This document shows, piece after piece, positions 30,017-32,000 of a stretch of 32,000 bases of DNA. The translations under genes and the position numbers were made by a program. The notes under the pieces are model-generated. The model had not been told where the DNA came from. It did not search any database and saw nothing but the letters and a program-made list of their open reading frames with translations. The DNA comes from a cyanobacterium endosymbiont of Braarudosphaera bigelowii (GTDB lineage: Bacteria; Cyanobacteriota; Cyanobacteriia; Cyanobacteriales; Microcystaceae): contig NZ_AP024987.1 of the NCBI RefSeq assembly GCF_020885515.1, positions 210,001 to 242,000 of the forward strand. Reading direction: 5' to 3'. The stretch's first letter is position 1. Each line of letters opens with the position of its first letter.

Positions 30017-31783
30017 TTAACTATATTTATTTTTAGCAATCCCAGAATATACTTGTCCATTCTCAGTATCTATTGTAATAATTATCCCCTCAGGAATATT
30101 TTTCATTGCATCTTTAAAGCCAAGGATAACTGGTACACCTAAACGAGATCCAATAACTGCAGCATGGCTGGTTAAACTTGATTCTTCTGTAATAATTCCT
30201 GATGCTTTTCTCATCATTTCTACAAATTCTGCATTGGTCTTAGCTACTACCAAAATATCTCCTGATTCAAAATCATTCAAATCTTTGGCATAACTAGTAA
30301 TTCTTGCTCTACCACTTGCTAAACCTTGCCCAACCGCTATTCCTTTACCTAATATTGCTCGAATTGTTTGTATTTTTATTAAATCAGTCGATCCTGTTAT
30401 TCCTTGAATACTTCCAGCTGTCATGACGACCAAATCTCCATCCTCAAGTAAATTGTTTTCTTGAGCTACATTAATAGCAGATTGAAAAGTTTGACTAGCT
30501 GATGGTAAATCCAAAACTAATAAAGTTTCTAAACCCCAAACTAACTGTAATTGTCTTGCGACATCTGTCCGAGGAGTTACGGCTAATATTGGAATGCGGG
30601 GACGAAATTTAGAAATATTGCGAGCAGTTGAACCTGTTTTTGTTAAAGATATTATAGCGGCTGCATTTAACTGTTCTGCAATTTGACTGACTGCTGCTGA
30701 AATTGCATTAGTAACAGACTGTTTCCTTTCAGAAGAAATTCTTATAGTTGTTGGCTCTTGTTCTATACGTTCAGCAATAGTTGCCATAGTTTCTACTGCT
30801 TGGATAGGATATTTCCCTACAGCTGTTTCATTTGATAACATTACTGCATCGGTACCGTCTAAAATCGCATTAGCTACATCAGATACCTCTGCACGAGTAG
30901 CTCGAGGATTGTTAATCATGCTATCTAACATTTGAGTAGCAGTAATTACAGGGATACCTAAACTATTCGCAGTAGAAATTAACTGTTTTTGTAAAATGGG
31001 AACATCTTCTGGTGGTAGTTCAACTCCTAAATCTCCTCTAGCTACCATAACGCCATCACATAAGTTAAAAATCTCTTTCATATTTTTGATAGCTTCATGT
31101 TTTTCAATTTTTGCAATTATTGGAATATTTTTTCCCGCATTTGTGATAATTTCCCTTACTTCTAAAATATCTTGTGAATTCCGAACAAAACTTAGTGCAA
31201 TCCAATCTACTCCATTTTCTAAGCCAAAAATTAAATCTTTTTTATCTTTCGTTGTTAATGGTTTTACGGATAAACAGATTCCAGGAAAGTTAACGCCTTT
31301 ACTATTAGATAATATTCCACCAACAATCACCCTACAATATAAATTTTTATTTTTAATATCAACTTTTTCGACTAGCATTTCAACTTTGCCATCATCTATT
31401 AAAATTCTTGCCTGCTCTGGTACTTCTTCTACTAAATATTTATATGTGACGTAACTAATTTCCTTGTTACATTCTACTTCTCGACTTGTAAGAGTAAAAA
31501 AATCACCAGTTTTAAGGGTAATTTCGTTGGATTTAAACAATCCAAGACGAATTTTAGGACCCTGCAAATCTTGAAGAATAGCTACAGGCTGATGTAATTC
31601 AAAAGCAACTTGTCGAATAAGTTGAATGCTATGTGCATGATATTCATGATCACCATGAGAAAAATTAAGACGAAAAGTAGTTGCACCAGCCAAAATCAGC
31701 TTACGTAGAATTTCTTTATTTTGAGTAGCAGGACCAATAGTTGCTACTATCTTAGTCCGACGAGGCATAGAATAAGATCGCAT
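30017..31783 (-). CDS. pyk: Pyruvate kinase with C-terminal PEP-utilising-enzyme mobile domain
   Basis: RRTKIVATIGPATQNKEILRKLILAGATTFRLNFSHG, ITATQMLDSMINNPRATRAEVSDVANAILDGTDAVMLSNETAVGKYP, and GIITEESSLTSHAAVIGSRLGVPVILG. Confidence 0.97.
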   Translation of the reverse strand: MRSYSMPRRTKIVATIGPATQNKEILRKLILAGATTFRLNFSHGDHEYHAHSIQLIRQVAFELHQPVAILQDLQGPKIRLGLFKSNEITLKTGDFFTLTSREVECNKEISYVTYKYLVEEVPEQARILIDDGKVEMLVEKVDIKNKNLYCRVIVGGILSNSKGVNFPGICLSVKPLTTKDKKDLIFGLENGVDWIALSFVRNSQDILEVREIITNAGKNIPIIAKIEKHEAIKNMKEIFNLCDGVMVARGDLGVELPPEDVPILQKQLISTANSLGIPVITATQMLDSMINNPRATRAEVSDVANAILDGTDAVMLSNETAVGKYPIQAVETMATIAERIEQEPTTIRISSERKQSVTNAISAAVSQIAEQLNAAAIISLTKTGSTARNISKFRPRIPILAVTPRTDVARQLQLVWGLETLLVLDLPSASQTFQSAINVAQENNLLEDGDLVVMTAGSIQGITGSTDLIKIQTIRAILGKGIAVGQGLASGRARITSYAKDLNDFESGDILVVAKTNAEFVEMMRKASGIITEESSLTSHAAVIGSRLGVPVILGFKDAMKNIPEGIIITIDTENGQVYSGIAKNKYS

Positions 31784-32000
31784 GATAATTTTAATAAAAT
31801 ATATTAACTAATAATTTGTCTTTTATGAAAAGTTAAATCTTTTCTTGAAATTGTACGAAAAATTATCATTATTTAAACATTTTTCTCCTATTTTTTATTT
31901 TCTTTAGTTTCAAAACTAGATAATTAACAATATATAGTTAAATTAATATCATATTTACTTTTTAAATTAGACTTAAAATCAAGTTTTCAACATATGAGGT

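Noticed and set aside
30996-31454. 152-aa plus-strand ORF inside pyk
   Set aside because: Long but Ser/Pro/Ile-rich, as expected for the complement of pyruvate kinase; no domain seen.
1-32000. Search for CRISPR arrays, transposases, phage genes, toxin-antitoxin or defence islands, and tRNA/rRNA genes
   Set aside because: No regularly spaced repeats, no matching protein motifs, and no tRNA T-arm/cloverleaf pattern seen by eye. A tRNAscan-SE run would be needed to exclude tRNAs formally.

Overview
A 32 kb AT-rich window from a cyanobacterial chromosome. Gene content and low GC suggest a reduced, Crocosphaera/Cyanothece-like endosymbiont such as the UCYN-A or spheroid-body lineage; that placement is inference only. 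It encodes mostly housekeeping proteins: a Ycf66-like protein, AI-2E family permease, an HddC/HddA-like sugar nucleotidyltransferase and kinase pair, a TxlA/HCF164-like thioredoxin, NdhH, YvcK, a SelO/YdiU-family protein, GcvT, a DUF2079 membrane protein, a thymidylate-kinase-like protein, a GT2 glycosyltransferase, MutS, GrpE, an RCK potassium channel, PheT, an SpoU-type rRNA methyltransferase, MurA, AcpP, FabF, PheS, a DUF4346 protein and pyruvate kinase. I found no CRISPR array, transposase, phage gene, toxin-antitoxin pair or clear defence system. The non-ordinary signals are: (1) an in-frame TGA in the ycf66-like gene followed by 61 more open codons; (2) a probable structured ncRNA of about 175-180 nt at 5788-5966 with its own -10 box and a 10-bp closing stem (6S-like by size and layout, not proven); (3) several long, nearly perfect AT-rich inverted repeats just downstream of genes; (4) a structured leader directly upstream of acpP; (5) apparent near-absence of the HIP1 octamer; and (6) some motif deviations in the kinase, channel and SelO-family proteins. 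I do not see convincing evidence of a new multigene system.
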